From: Nitrospiraceae bacterium
GTDB lineage: Bacteria > Nitrospirota > Nitrospiria > Nitrospirales > UBA2166
Assembly (NCBI GenBank): GCA_002726235.1
Contig: PBSN01000004.1
Location: forward strand, 101,279-140,569
Direction: 5' to 3'
Length of the DNA stretch: 39,291 bases
Shown here in pieces: positions 19,646-29,392 of the stretch. The translations under genes were made by a program, and so were the position numbers. The number at the start of each line of letters is the position of its first letter. Within the stretch, counting starts at the first letter, position 1. The notes beneath the pieces were generated by a model, which worked only from the letters and a program-made list of their open reading frames with translations, searched no databases and was not told where the DNA came from.

Positions 19646-20278
19646 TTAATGTGCAGGAGGGGCATCGCTACCCCACAGTTCCGCCAAGCGAGCATCACGT
19701 TTACACATATACCGATAGACTTGGTAGCGGACGGGGTTCTTGTCAGAATAATCCTGGTGATGTTCTTCTGCGGGGTAGAAGGTGCTCGCCGGCGTGATTT
19801 CCGTAACAATCGGTTCAGGAAAGGTTTTTGTTGCCTCAATGGCCTGTTTTGATGTTTTTGCCAAATGTTCTTGCTCCGCATCGTGGAAGAAAATTGCGGT
19901 GCGGTATTCGGATCCCGCATCACAAAATTGTCGGTCAATGGTTGTGGGATCGATGTTGTGCCAGAAGATGTCCAAAAGTTTTTCGTAACTGACCTTACGG
20001 GGGTCATAAACGATTTGGACAGACTCGGTGTGGCCGGTATTTCCGCGGGAGACTTTCTCATAAGTTGGATTGTTCGTGTGTCCTCCTGTATAGCCGGCCG
20101 CTGTCGCAATCACTCCATCGAGTCTCGCGAATGGTGGCTGCATGCACCAAAAACAGCCACCGGCAAACGTTGCCCTCGCGTAGGTTTTTTCAGTTGGTTC
20201 GCCGATACTGTTTCCAACAATTCCAACCGCAATCACGGCAATAAAGCCAAACTGAATGAACCTGTGACGAAGCGTCAT
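19646..20278 (-). CDS. msrA: Peptide methionine sulfoxide reductase A with signal peptide
   Basis: FAGGCFWC, GYTGG, PTYE.V, GHTESV, FYPAEEHHQDY. Hydrophobic N-terminus. Confidence 0.96.
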   Translation of the reverse strand: MTLRHRFIQFGFIAVIAVGIVGNSIGEPTEKTYARATFAGGCFWCMQPPFARLDGVIATAAGYTGGHTNNPTYEKVSRGNTGHTESVQIVYDPRKVSYEKLLDIFWHNIDPTTIDRQFCDAGSEYRTAIFFHDAEQEHLAKTSKQAIEATKTFPEPIVTEITPASTFYPAEEHHQDYSDKNPVRYQVYRYMCKRDARLAELWGSDAPPAH

Positions 20279-20330
20279 TTCACTCTTTCCTTACGACAAA
20301 AAGATATATTTGCAATCATTGGCCACAGCT

Positions 20331-20792
20331 CTAGTCGCTGGGAGGTTCGAAGTGCCCAGAGGGGCGTGACTGCCACGGAATTGTTGATCGCCGTGCCTGT
20401 TTGACTAAGCTTCGGAGGTTAGCTTCGGCAGCGCGGAGAAGGTTGGGATCACCTTCCTGTAGCAGGGTGGTGAGCAGGAGGTACAGTTCTCGATCTTGCT
20501 GCGCGCCGCATAACATGCGTTCGGTAATTTGATCTGGTGAATCGATCTCATCCAACGGCTCATTATCAGAGTCAGTGAGCAGGGCTTTAACCGAACTTGG
20601 ATGGTGAAATAGCCATGATATTGGCACGCCGATCGCGTTTGCCAATGCGACAATCATGGACGCGGGAGGATCTGTTTCCCCCGACTCGATCAATTCAAGC
20701 TGTTTTGTTGCGATTCTGGCTTTGGTTGCAATGGTTTCCACGGATTGACGTCGTTCGCGTCGCCATGCGTGAATGGTCAGTAGAACAGGCAT
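20331..20792 (-). CDS. XRE-family HTH transcriptional regulator
   Basis: N-terminal WRRER.QS...IA.KA.I....L..IESGE.DP....I..LANA.GV...WLF. Confidence 0.88.
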   Translation of the reverse strand: MPVLLTIHAWRRERRQSVETIATKARIATKQLELIESGETDPPASMIVALANAIGVPISWLFHHPSSVKALLTDSDNEPLDEIDSPDQITERMLCGAQQDRELYLLLTTLLQEGDPNLLRAAEANLRSLVKQARRSTIPWQSRPSGHFEPPSD

Positions 20793-20798
20793 CCGGAA

Positions 20799-20868
20799 AT
20801 GCTACCAAACGTCGAAAACGCTGTCTATGTGAGATGCGCTTGACCTTGGCATGCCAATGTCTTACTTT
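20799..20868. promoter_or_regulatory. Back-to-back sigma70-like promoters with palindromic operator candidate
   Basis: Minus: TAGACA(20827-22)-17 nt-TAGCAT(20804-799)-6 nt-ATG. Plus: TTGACC(20840-45)-17 nt-TACTTT(20863-68)-6 nt-ATG 20875. Perfect palindrome TTGGCATGCCAA at 20846-57. Confidence 0.62.
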
Positions 20869-20874
20869 TTCCAG

Positions 20875-21552
20875 ATGGAAAAACCTGGATGGGGAGCGCT
20901 TGCTGTCATTGTAGCTGGGCTAGTTGTGCTTGCAGTCTTTCTGATCTTCCCGAATCAAGATTTGAAGGATTCAGCAGGACTTGACGAGAGAGGGTCTGGA
21001 ACCCCAACGCTTGTGGATGAGCAGGTTGCCGATATGGCAAGAGATACGATGAACGTTGTGGATGGGGCCGAAAGTATGGCAGAGATCGTGAGAGGATCTG
21101 CTGAATCAATGGTAGAGACAGAATATGATCGTGCAGGTGCTTTGGGTGCGAGTGATAATAACGTCAATTCGCGTGCGGAGTCCTCGGATAACAATCTTGG
21201 GGGGTATCTCAGCTCGCTGGCGTCGAACGCGCCTCGTTCAATATTTGAATTGATCAACTCAGGCGATTTCGCCATGGTACAAAATATGCTTGATAGCGGG
21301 GAAGATGTACATCAGAGAGATCAGGAGAAGAATGCGGTGATGCACCATGCGGCGGCCATCCAAGGATCTGTGGAGATTGGCGCATTTCTTATTCGTTACG
21401 GGGCTGATGTGAATGCTGTCAATGGTGATGGTAGTACCCCATTGGATGTCGCGCGTTCGGCCAACAACCCGGAATTTGAGCAATTGTTGTTAGCGTATGG
21501 GGCGCGGTCAGGCAACGTATCCGATGTGCGTCCGGTTTCTGCGCCGGAATAA
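20875..21552 (+). CDS. Membrane-anchored ankyrin-repeat protein
   Basis: N-terminal TM helix (WGALAVIVAGLVVLAVFLIF), acidic linker, ankyrin motifs (LIRYGADVNAVNGDGSTPLDVA, LLLAYGA). Alternative starts at 20851/20857. Confidence 0.87.
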   Translation: MEKPGWGALAVIVAGLVVLAVFLIFPNQDLKDSAGLDERGSGTPTLVDEQVADMARDTMNVVDGAESMAEIVRGSAESMVETEYDRAGALGASDNNVNSRAESSDNNLGGYLSSLASNAPRSIFELINSGDFAMVQNMLDSGEDVHQRDQEKNAVMHHAAAIQGSVEIGAFLIRYGADVNAVNGDGSTPLDVARSANNPEFEQLLLAYGARSGNVSDVRPVSAPE

Positions 21553-21574
21553 TCTTTCCTGCCGTATCAGAGAT

Positions 21575-23074
21575 TCACGTCTTTAGCCTCAGTCCTCGCG
21601 GCACGACCACTCGTTCCAGCAACTCAAAGAACCATTGGACGGCTATTGCCAGTGTTGCAGCGGGTATTGCTCCTTGTAAAATCAAACTCATGTCGTCGAG
21701 TCGAATTCCGGTCAGGATAGATTCGCCGTACCCACCAGCCGCGATAAACGCACCAAGGGTTGCAAAGCCGACGTTGATTACTGCGGATGTCTTAATTCCA
21801 GCGAGGATAGAGCGGCTTGCCAGAGGCATCTCGATTTTTCGAAGTCGCATGAGTGGAGGGATACCGAGAGCCGCAGCCGACTCACGTAGAGGTTGTGGGA
21901 TGTCGTGGAGTCCGGTGTAGGTGTTACGAACGATGGGAAGGAGACTGTACAGGAAAAGTGCTGCGATGGCCGCTGGGACGCCTATTCCAAGTAACGGAAT
22001 CATGAAAACTAGCAGTGCAAGGGCAGGGATCGTTTGAATAATACCGACAATCCCAAGGATGACATGGCCAAGTCGCGGGAGGTGTGCCGCAATGATTCCA
22101 AGTGGGAGAGCGATGAGAATTGCCGCTGAGAGCGAAATTGCGACAAGCGCGATATGTTCTCTGGTTGTTCGAAGGACGCGATCGGCTATGGATTCCTCGT
22201 TATATTTTACGTGCATGCCCAGCTTCTTCTCGATAAAATCAGCCGCTGTGCGAGTTTCGGTTTCCCTCTCGATCTTTACCCGAACATTCATGGCCCGCAT
22301 CGATGTTTCCGAAATGGTTCCCTCCAACGCTTTCAACGCTGTGGTGACTCTTGGAGCGCGGTGTTCCAGATCCTTACGATAGAGCAGGACGGCGTGATAT
22401 TCCGGGAAGTGTGACAGATCGTCTTCCAGAACTCGGAGTTTATAATATTGAATTTCGGCATCGGTCATATAGAGATCAATCGCGTCGATACTTCCGCTTT
22501 CTAAACCGCGATATGCGAGGTCGTGCTCCAATCCATTGACGCGCTGCTGTGGTAGCGCATAGGTATTGCGGAGGCTTGGCCATCCGTCGCCACGGTCCAT
22601 GAACTCGTTGCTGAAGCCAAATCGTAGATCGGGGTGCGAACGCAGGTCGGAAATCGTATGGATTCCTAGAGCGGCGGCATGCGTTTCCATCATGCCGATC
22701 GCGTACGTATTGTTGAACCCCAGGGGCCTAGTCATGCGGACTCCGTGTGCTGCAAGGGCGATTTGAATACTCGCTAGATCTCCCAACTGTTGCTCGGATA
22801 AAATTTCCTGCGTAATCGTTCCGGTATATTCAGGATAGATGCTGATGTCACCATTCTGCAGCGCATTCCATAGGACGCGTGTGCCCCCCATGGCTCGTCG
22901 ATGAGTGACAATTCCATCTGCGCTTCGTGCAAGGTGTGACGCAATCTCTCCTAGCACGACCGATTCTGTAAACGATTTTGATCCCACGGCCACGTTCTGT
23001 GTGCCGCTAAAAACAGGTGAATTGAGCAATGAGATGATCAGACATAAGAGTGCGGTAAGGGAGGGCTTCATCAC
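21575..23074 (-). CDS. Osmoprotectant (quaternary amine) ABC transporter, fused substrate-binding + permease
   Basis: Signal peptide, VGSKSFTE, YPEYTGT, GFNNTYA, FPEY, then permease QTIPALAL, LLPIVRNTY.G, ESAAALG, ATLGAFIAAGGYG. Confidence 0.93.
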   Translation of the reverse strand: MMKPSLTALLCLIISLLNSPVFSGTQNVAVGSKSFTESVVLGEIASHLARSADGIVTHRRAMGGTRVLWNALQNGDISIYPEYTGTITQEILSEQQLGDLASIQIALAAHGVRMTRPLGFNNTYAIGMMETHAAALGIHTISDLRSHPDLRFGFSNEFMDRGDGWPSLRNTYALPQQRVNGLEHDLAYRGLESGSIDAIDLYMTDAEIQYYKLRVLEDDLSHFPEYHAVLLYRKDLEHRAPRVTTALKALEGTISETSMRAMNVRVKIERETETRTAADFIEKKLGMHVKYNEESIADRVLRTTREHIALVAISLSAAILIALPLGIIAAHLPRLGHVILGIVGIIQTIPALALLVFMIPLLGIGVPAAIAALFLYSLLPIVRNTYTGLHDIPQPLRESAAALGIPPLMRLRKIEMPLASRSILAGIKTSAVINVGFATLGAFIAAGGYGESILTGIRLDDMSLILQGAIPAATLAIAVQWFFELLERVVVPRGLRLKT

Positions 23075-23823
23075 AGCGTGTCTCTTCCGAGTGCGTCAAG
23101 TGGACTACGTTGTGCGTTCACAAAACGCGTCACAAACGAATCGGCGGGTGTCGTGACAAGTTCCGTCAAGGTTCCCTTCTGAATGACGCTACCGTCGCGT
23201 AAGAGCAGAATTGGGTTTCCGAAAAACGCGGCTTCGCTCATATCATGGGTGACCAATACAACAGTTTTTTTCAAGGTCTCAAAGATCGATTTGAGTTCTG
23301 TCTGAAGATCGGAACGAACCATCGGATCGAGCGCGCCAAGAGGCTCGTCGAGCAAGAGGACGTGTGGATCTAGCATCAGCGCGCGCATCAGACTCACGCG
23401 TTGCCGCTGTCCTCCTGAAAGTTGGACTGGATAGCGTGTGAGTCCATCGACGGGAAAATGGGTCAATTCGACTAGTTCTGAAAGGCGGGAGGCAATACGG
23501 GAGCCGTCCCAGCTGAGATGGCGAGCCATCAGTTCGACATTCTCTTGGGCAGTGAGATGCGGAAACAACCCTCCGTCTTGAATGACATAGCCCATTCGCT
23601 GACGAAGGATTAGCGCGTTATCAGGGGTAAGCTGCGCGGCATCGAAAAAAACCGCGCCGGCATCGGGTTGGATGAGGCCAATCATCAGCCTGAGCAGTGT
23701 GGATTTCCCACATCCGCTTGGCCCAATGAGGACTGTGGTACGGCCAGTTGGAATTTCAAGGTCACACGGATGGATCGCTATCGTTTGACCGAATCTTTTC
23801 GACACTCTGCACAATTCGAACAT
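23071..23823 (-). CDS. Osmoprotectant ABC transporter ATP-binding protein
   Basis: GPSGCGKS, MGYVIQDGGLFPH, LSGGQRQR, LLLDEP. Overlaps permease start. Confidence 0.94.
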   Translation of the reverse strand: MFELCRVSKRFGQTIAIHPCDLEIPTGRTTVLIGPSGCGKSTLLRLMIGLIQPDAGAVFFDAAQLTPDNALILRQRMGYVIQDGGLFPHLTAQENVELMARHLSWDGSRIASRLSELVELTHFPVDGLTRYPVQLSGGQRQRVSLMRALMLDPHVLLLDEPLGALDPMVRSDLQTELKSIFETLKKTVVLVTHDMSEAAFFGNPILLLRDGSVIQKGTLTELVTTPADSFVTRFVNAQRSPLDALGRDTL

Positions 23824-23826
23824 AGC

Positions 23827-25641
23827 TTACTGGGTCCCTTGCAGTTTCGCTTCAAGCTCTGCCCATCTGGCATAGAGATGGTGGACCTTTTCTTCGGCTT
23901 CATGAAGGTTGGAATATGCTTGTTGGAGTTCTGTATGTTGAGACGCGATGGCGGGGTCTTCAGTTTTCTTCTTCCACTGTTCAAGTTCAGTTTCGACCGC
24001 AAGAATCTGGACTTCCATGCCGTCATATTCTTTTTGTTCTTTGTAGGTTAGCTTTTTCGGTGAGGGTTTTTTGCGAGAGGTGCTCTCGTCACGTGGCACC
24101 TTTGTTTTTCGACTCTTTTCTTGGGCTTGGTCCGCGAGCCAGTCTTCCCACTGCTCATATTCTGCAAAGTAACCATGCTCTCCTTTTCCGTCCAGCCCAA
24201 TGAAGGTTGTACAAACCCGCATGAGGACATACCGATCGTGGGTGACCAAAACCATGGCTCCAGGGAAATCCTGCATGCTCTCTTCGAGAACTTCAAGAGT
24301 TGGGATGTCGAGGTCATTGGTCGGTTCGTCCAGGAGCAGAACATCTGCTGGCTTCAGCATGAGTCTGGCAATGATCGCACGTGCTTGTTCCCCGCCTGAC
24401 AGGAGACCTGTTCGAATATCTAGCTGTTCGGGGCGAAATTGAAATCGCTTGGCCCATGACACGATGTGCATTGCGCGTTCCCGATAGGTCACATAGTCAC
24501 CTGAGTCGATGAGGGTTTGTCGTAATGTCAGTGTGGGATCGAGTTGCTCTCGATCCTGATCGAAATAGACGACTTGAAGCTTATCTGCATGGGTGATGGT
24601 TCCCACGTTCGGCGTGACCGTTTTCGCAAGGAGTTTGAGCAGTGTCGATTTTCCAGAGCCGTTGTGTCCTAGAAGTCCCAATCTCATGCCAGGAGAGAGA
24701 ACCACATCGATGTTCTTGATCAAGGGCGTGTGTCCAAATGTTTTTCCAAGGTGTTCACCCACGATAAGGCGTTTCGTCTTACGCCCGGAACCAACAAAGT
24801 CAATTCCTGCATCTTCTTGGCGTAAACGTGTCGTTGTATCGGCCAGCTCAGCTTGGAGGGCGTGGGCGGAATCGATACGTGACTTTGCGTGTGTAGTACG
24901 GGCCTTTGGTCCACGCCTCAACCACTCAATTTCACGGTGGACTTTTCCAGATAAGGCTTGGGCTTGCTGGGTTTGAGCATGTTGATATTCCTCTCGTTGG
25001 AGTAAGAAGTCGGAATAGGTTCCTGTTGAGAGAAAGATGCCGTTGGGATATCGGCTGTTGAGTTCTGCAACCTTATTTGTCGCATGTTCCAGAAACCAGC
25101 GATCGTGGCTCACCATTAACCAGGCGAATGGAGTTTGAGACATGAGTTGAGCCAACCACAGCATGCCCTCAAGGTCGAGATGATTGGTGGGTTCATCCAA
25201 CAGCATAATGTCAGGGTTCTGAACGAGTCCACATGCGATCGCCAGTCGCTTATGCCAGCCGCCTGAGAGTGGTCCTATCGATTGTTCGCCGTTTTGAAAA
25301 CCAGTTCTTCCCAATGTTTCGCGTACTTGCGGAACCAAGTTCTCTGCCTCGCGACCAGCTTTTCGCGCGGCACGTTCGACTGTCTCAGACACGGTGGCAT
25401 TGGGATCAAAGGAGGATTGTTGAGCAATGTAGGCAATGCGGATGTGATTGCGGCGGGTGACGATCCCGCCATCGGCCACCTCGTGTCCTGCCATGATCTT
25501 TACTAGAGTAGATTTTCCGGATCCGTTGGGGCCGATAATCCCGACTCGATCTTGGACACTTACGCCAATGGTCAAGTCACTGAAAAGGCGTTTTGATCCA
25601 AACGACTTTGAGATATTCTGGCAATGGATCAACGCGGACAT
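23827..25641 (-). CDS. uup: ABC-F family ATPase (Uup-like)
   Basis: Two ABC domains (GPNGSGKS, GHNGSGKS, DEPTNHLD, DEPTNDLD), linker WLRRGPKARTT, C-terminal KLTYKEQKE..YARWAELE. Confidence 0.9.
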   Translation of the reverse strand: MSALIHCQNISKSFGSKRLFSDLTIGVSVQDRVGIIGPNGSGKSTLVKIMAGHEVADGGIVTRRNHIRIAYIAQQSSFDPNATVSETVERAARKAGREAENLVPQVRETLGRTGFQNGEQSIGPLSGGWHKRLAIACGLVQNPDIMLLDEPTNHLDLEGMLWLAQLMSQTPFAWLMVSHDRWFLEHATNKVAELNSRYPNGIFLSTGTYSDFLLQREEYQHAQTQQAQALSGKVHREIEWLRRGPKARTTHAKSRIDSAHALQAELADTTTRLRQEDAGIDFVGSGRKTKRLIVGEHLGKTFGHTPLIKNIDVVLSPGMRLGLLGHNGSGKSTLLKLLAKTVTPNVGTITHADKLQVVYFDQDREQLDPTLTLRQTLIDSGDYVTYRERAMHIVSWAKRFQFRPEQLDIRTGLLSGGEQARAIIARLMLKPADVLLLDEPTNDLDIPTLEVLEESMQDFPGAMVLVTHDRYVLMRVCTTFIGLDGKGEHGYFAEYEQWEDWLADQAQEKSRKTKVPRDESTSRKKPSPKKLTYKEQKEYDGMEVQILAVETELEQWKKKTEDPAIASQHTELQQAYSNLHEAEEKVHHLYARWAELEAKLQGTQ

Positions 25642-25767
25642 GAAATTGGTGTGTTCCCGTGAAAAGATGAATTTGACAGGAAATTATTCTCTACGGCTTG
25701 GCATGAGATTTCAAACATTATAATATCTGCCACGGCAATTCTCTCTTTTTAGAAAGGAGCATAACGT

Positions 25768-26412
25768 ATGGCCCCTGATCGTACACTATCTCGTTCAACT
25801 CGTATTCCTCTGGAGGTAATAATGTTCATTAGTCTTATTGCATTGGCTGTCGGCGGCGTTCCGCCCGAAGCTGAGGCACGGTCTCAGCTTGATGCCAAGA
25901 TTACACACAAAGTGTTTTTCGATGTTCTTATTGACGGGAAGGATGCTGGACGCATTGTGATGGGTCTCTTCGGGGAGACCGTGCCAAAGACCACTGAAAA
26001 CTTTCGTGCCTTGTCTACCGGAGAAAAAGGGTTTGGCTACAAAGGTTCAACTTTTCACCGGATTATTCCGAATTTCATGCTTCAGGGCGGTGATTTCACG
26101 CGTGGAGATGGGCGTGGGGGGAAGTCGATTTACGGTGCCAGGTTTGATGACGAAAACTTTGAGCTGAAACATGTAGGGCCTGGTCTTCTTTCGATGGCCA
26201 ACGCAGGGCCAAATACCAACGGCTCTCAGTTTTTCATCACCACCGTTCCGACACCCCACCTGGACGGTCGGCATGTGGTATTTGGTGAAGTCATTGAGGG
26301 AATGGACGTTGTGCGTAAAATTGAGGAGAAGGGGACCAGAGCGGGGACACCAAGCGTGCGGGTTACCATCTTAAACTCGGGGGAACTTACAGAGAATCCT
26401 GCCGAGGATTAA
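25768..26412 (+). CDS. Cyclophilin-type peptidyl-prolyl isomerase with signal peptide
   Basis: [69 protein letters not shown]. Second start 25822 has GGAGGT SD. Confidence 0.96.
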   Translation: MAPDRTLSRSTRIPLEVIMFISLIALAVGGVPPEAEARSQLDAKITHKVFFDVLIDGKDAGRIVMGLFGETVPKTTENFRALSTGEKGFGYKGSTFHRIIPNFMLQGGDFTRGDGRGGKSIYGARFDDENFELKHVGPGLLSMANAGPNTNGSQFFITTVPTPHLDGRHVVFGEVIEGMDVVRKIEEKGTRAGTPSVRVTILNSGELTENPAED

Positions 26413-26434
26413 GATCCTTGATCGAGAGGAAAAA

Positions 26435-26602
26435 ATGCAAATACTGGTGTGTCTGCGATGGGCAAGCATAGGAGGGGTGCTACGGGCTTTCCTGATGATT
26501 TGGACTTGGAATAATGATGTGCAGGCTAGAGCGGAAGGGTATTCCGCTATGGCGATTATGTTCACTCCACAATATCATCACCTTACTCTGCGAGTGTGGT
26601 AG
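26435..26602 (+). CDS. Possible 55-aa small ORF or gene remnant
   Basis: GAGAGG SD before ATG. Translates to MQILVCLRWASIGGVLRAFLMIWTWNNDVQARAEG... No family recognised. Confidence 0.25.
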   Translation: MQILVCLRWASIGGVLRAFLMIWTWNNDVQARAEGYSAMAIMFTPQYHHLTLRVW

Positions 26603-26729
26603 CTGGACCATGGAAGCTTCTGAAGCGTTGACAGCGTCTTGCCTCGTTTTATATAGTGCCGTGGTTTTTCAGAGTGCCGGTTGCTTTACGTTCCGATTGT
26701 AAGCTCTCATGAAGGGTCGCGTGTAAATT

Positions 26730-28433
26730 ATGCAGCATGATGTTCTCATTATTGGAGCTGGGTTGGCGGGCATGCGTGCCGCTTATGAGGCAAACGCTCA
26801 AGGTGCCAATGTTGCCTTGATTACCAAGGTTTACCCTGTCCGAAGCCACTCAAATGCCGCGCAGGGTGGGATTAATGCCGCACTCACGGATCGTGGAGAT
26901 GCGTGGGAAGACCATGCGTTCGAGACGGTTAAAGGTAGCGATTATCTGGGAGATCAGGATTCGATCACGATTCTCTCGCAGGATGCCGGCCCGGAGATTA
27001 TTGCGCTCGAAAATATGGGGGTGATTTTTAGCCGAAATGAGGATGGCCGTCTTGGGACACGGCGTTTTGGAGGGCAGAAAAAGGCCAGAACGTTTTTTGT
27101 TTCAGACTTTACCGGACAGGCAATTCTTCACGTGTTGTTTGAGCAAATCCTGAAAACCAATATTCCCACGTATAACGAATGGTTTGTTACGTCCCTAGTT
27201 GTCAAGGACGGCCAGTGTTATGGCGTTGTCGCTATGGAAATGGAAACCGGCAACGTGCAATTTATTCAGGCGAAGTCGGTGATTATTGCCGCAGGTGGAC
27301 TTGGACGTGTGTATGAGCCATCGACCAATGCACTGATCTGTACTGGAGATGGGATGGGGCTTGCGTATCAAGCGGGCGCACCTTTGATGGATATGGAAAT
27401 GGTGCAATACCATCCCACGACCTTGAAAGCCAACGGGTTGTTAATCAGTGAAGCGGTTCGAGGTGAGGGTGGACATCTTTATAATTCCAAAGGGGAGCGG
27501 TTTATGGAGAAATACGCGCCTAACATGCTGGAATTGGCATCTCGAGATGTGGTGTCCCGATCTGAACAAACGGAGATTAACGAAGGTCGCGGCATCAACG
27601 GTTGCGTTTATCTGGACTGTCGGCATCTCGGCGAGAAATTTATTAAAGAACGCCTTAGTCAGGTATGGGAAGAAGCTCATACCTTTTCTAATGTCGATAT
27701 GACCAAAGAACCTCTCCCCATTCGACCCGGAATGCACTATCAAATGGGTGGAGTGAAGACGGATAATGATGGCAGATGTTGGGACATTAGCGGTGCCGGC
27801 TGGGGAGGCATCAAAGGGCTCTTTGCTGCTGGCGAGGCTGCCTGTGTGAGTGTTCATGGCGGAAATCGCCTGGGAGCGAATTCACTTTTGGACACTGTGG
27901 TGTACGGGAAACGCTCAGGTCAGGCCGCGTCGGCATTTGCTAGGGAGACGTCGTTGCAAGACATTCCTTCGTCCATCATTTCCAAAGACGAAGACATGAT
28001 CAAATCTTTATTGAGCCGCAAGGATAACAAGGATTCGGTAGCGGCTATTCGTCTTGAAATGGGAACGACGATGAACGATCATTTGGCGGTTTTTCGTGAC
28101 CAAAAGGGAATGGAGACCGCTTTGGCAAAAATTCGATCCCTCCGTGAACGATGGAAAGAGGTGCCGATTCGTAGCAAGGGACGTATCTTCAATACGACCT
28201 TGATTAACGCCATGGAACTTGGCTTCATGCTAGATTGCGCAGAAACCATTATCGTCGGTGCCCTCTTCCGAAAGGAAAGCAGGGGTGCGCACGTTCGACT
28301 AGATTTTCGTGACCGAGATGATGAAAACTGGTTGAAGCATACCTTGATTTATAAGCAGCCTGGGGCGGCCCCGACAGTAGACACTCTCGCAGTTCGCATG
28401 ACGCAATGGGAACCAAAACCTAGGGTGTATTGA
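26730..28433 (+). CDS. sdhA: Succinate dehydrogenase/fumarate reductase flavoprotein
   Basis: IIGAGLAG, RSHSNAAQGG (covalent FAD His), QYHPT, LISEAVRGEG, HYQMGG, HGGNRLGANSL. Confidence 0.97.
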   Translation: MQHDVLIIGAGLAGMRAAYEANAQGANVALITKVYPVRSHSNAAQGGINAALTDRGDAWEDHAFETVKGSDYLGDQDSITILSQDAGPEIIALENMGVIFSRNEDGRLGTRRFGGQKKARTFFVSDFTGQAILHVLFEQILKTNIPTYNEWFVTSLVVKDGQCYGVVAMEMETGNVQFIQAKSVIIAAGGLGRVYEPSTNALICTGDGMGLAYQAGAPLMDMEMVQYHPTTLKANGLLISEAVRGEGGHLYNSKGERFMEKYAPNMLELASRDVVSRSEQTEINEGRGINGCVYLDCRHLGEKFIKERLSQVWEEAHTFSNVDMTKEPLPIRPGMHYQMGGVKTDNDGRCWDISGAGWGGIKGLFAAGEAACVSVHGGNRLGANSLLDTVVYGKRSGQAASAFARETSLQDIPSSIISKDEDMIKSLLSRKDNKDSVAAIRLEMGTTMNDHLAVFRDQKGMETALAKIRSLRERWKEVPIRSKGRIFNTTLINAMELGFMLDCAETIIVGALFRKESRGAHVRLDFRDRDDENWLKHTLIYKQPGAAPTVDTLAVRMTQWEPKPRVY

Positions 28434-29392
28434 TGGAAAAAACACTTCGCATTAAGCGTTTTGATCCGGAAGCCGTGGTTCCCAAAGCCTACCATCAGGA
28501 ATTCAAGGTCGAGGTAGAGGAATCGAGTAGCGTGCTTGACGCACTCATCACCATCCGCGAGTCGATAGATGAATCCCTCGCAGTGCGTTGTTCCTGCCGC
28601 GGTGCCATCTGCGGATCATGTGGTTTGCGGGTCAATGGGCAGGCGACCCTCGCGTGCAAAACCAAGATCAATAGTTTCCGTGGGAATAACGGAATCATCA
28701 CCGTCGAACCGATGGGTAACATGACCGTGGTCAAGGATCTTGTGACGCTGATGCGGCCGTTCTGGGAGAAGATTCGACAAATTACTCCTTGGTTACAGAC
28801 GACAGGCGATCCTCCAAAAGCGGAGTATCTTGCTCCTCCTGAAGCGATGACGCATCTCAACGGGGTTATGGGATGCATCATGTGTGGGGTGTGTGTCTCG
28901 GATTGCACGGCGCTAGAGGTCGACCCGACATTTGTTGGACCCGCGGCTTTGGCTAAAGCTTACCGGTTTATTGCTGATCCTCGAGATGCCGCCACAAACC
29001 AGCGTTTGCGTGACCTCGATGAATCGACTGGCATGTGGGAATGTACCCGATGTATGGCTTGTGTTGAGGCCTGTCCCAAAGGTGTTGCGCCAATGGATCG
29101 AATTATGGCCTTGCGTTCGAAGGGAATGAATGCAGGTCTGACGGATACCTATGGTGCCCGTCACTCCATGGGGTTCATCGATGTGATTCGACACAAGGGC
29201 ATTCTCGACGAGTTTATGCTGACCGTGAAGACATTGGGGGTGTTCAACATCCCGAGATTCATGTCATTACTACCCGTTGCCATTCGATCACTGCTTCATG
29301 GGAAACTCCCAAAACCTGGCCCGTTCCACAAGCCCATTCCTGGGATGCACAATGTACGACGCATTGTTGAGACCACGGAGAAAATGAAATGA
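28433..29392 (+). CDS. sdhB: Succinate dehydrogenase iron-sulfur subunit
   Basis: CSCRGAICGSC, CIMCGVCVSDC, CTRCMACVEACP. TGATG overlap with sdhA. Confidence 0.96.
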   Translation: MEKTLRIKRFDPEAVVPKAYHQEFKVEVEESSSVLDALITIRESIDESLAVRCSCRGAICGSCGLRVNGQATLACKTKINSFRGNNGIITVEPMGNMTVVKDLVTLMRPFWEKIRQITPWLQTTGDPPKAEYLAPPEAMTHLNGVMGCIMCGVCVSDCTALEVDPTFVGPAALAKAYRFIADPRDAATNQRLRDLDESTGMWECTRCMACVEACPKGVAPMDRIMALRSKGMNAGLTDTYGARHSMGFIDVIRHKGILDEFMLTVKTLGVFNIPRFMSLLPVAIRSLLHGKLPKPGPFHKPIPGMHNVRRIVETTEKMK

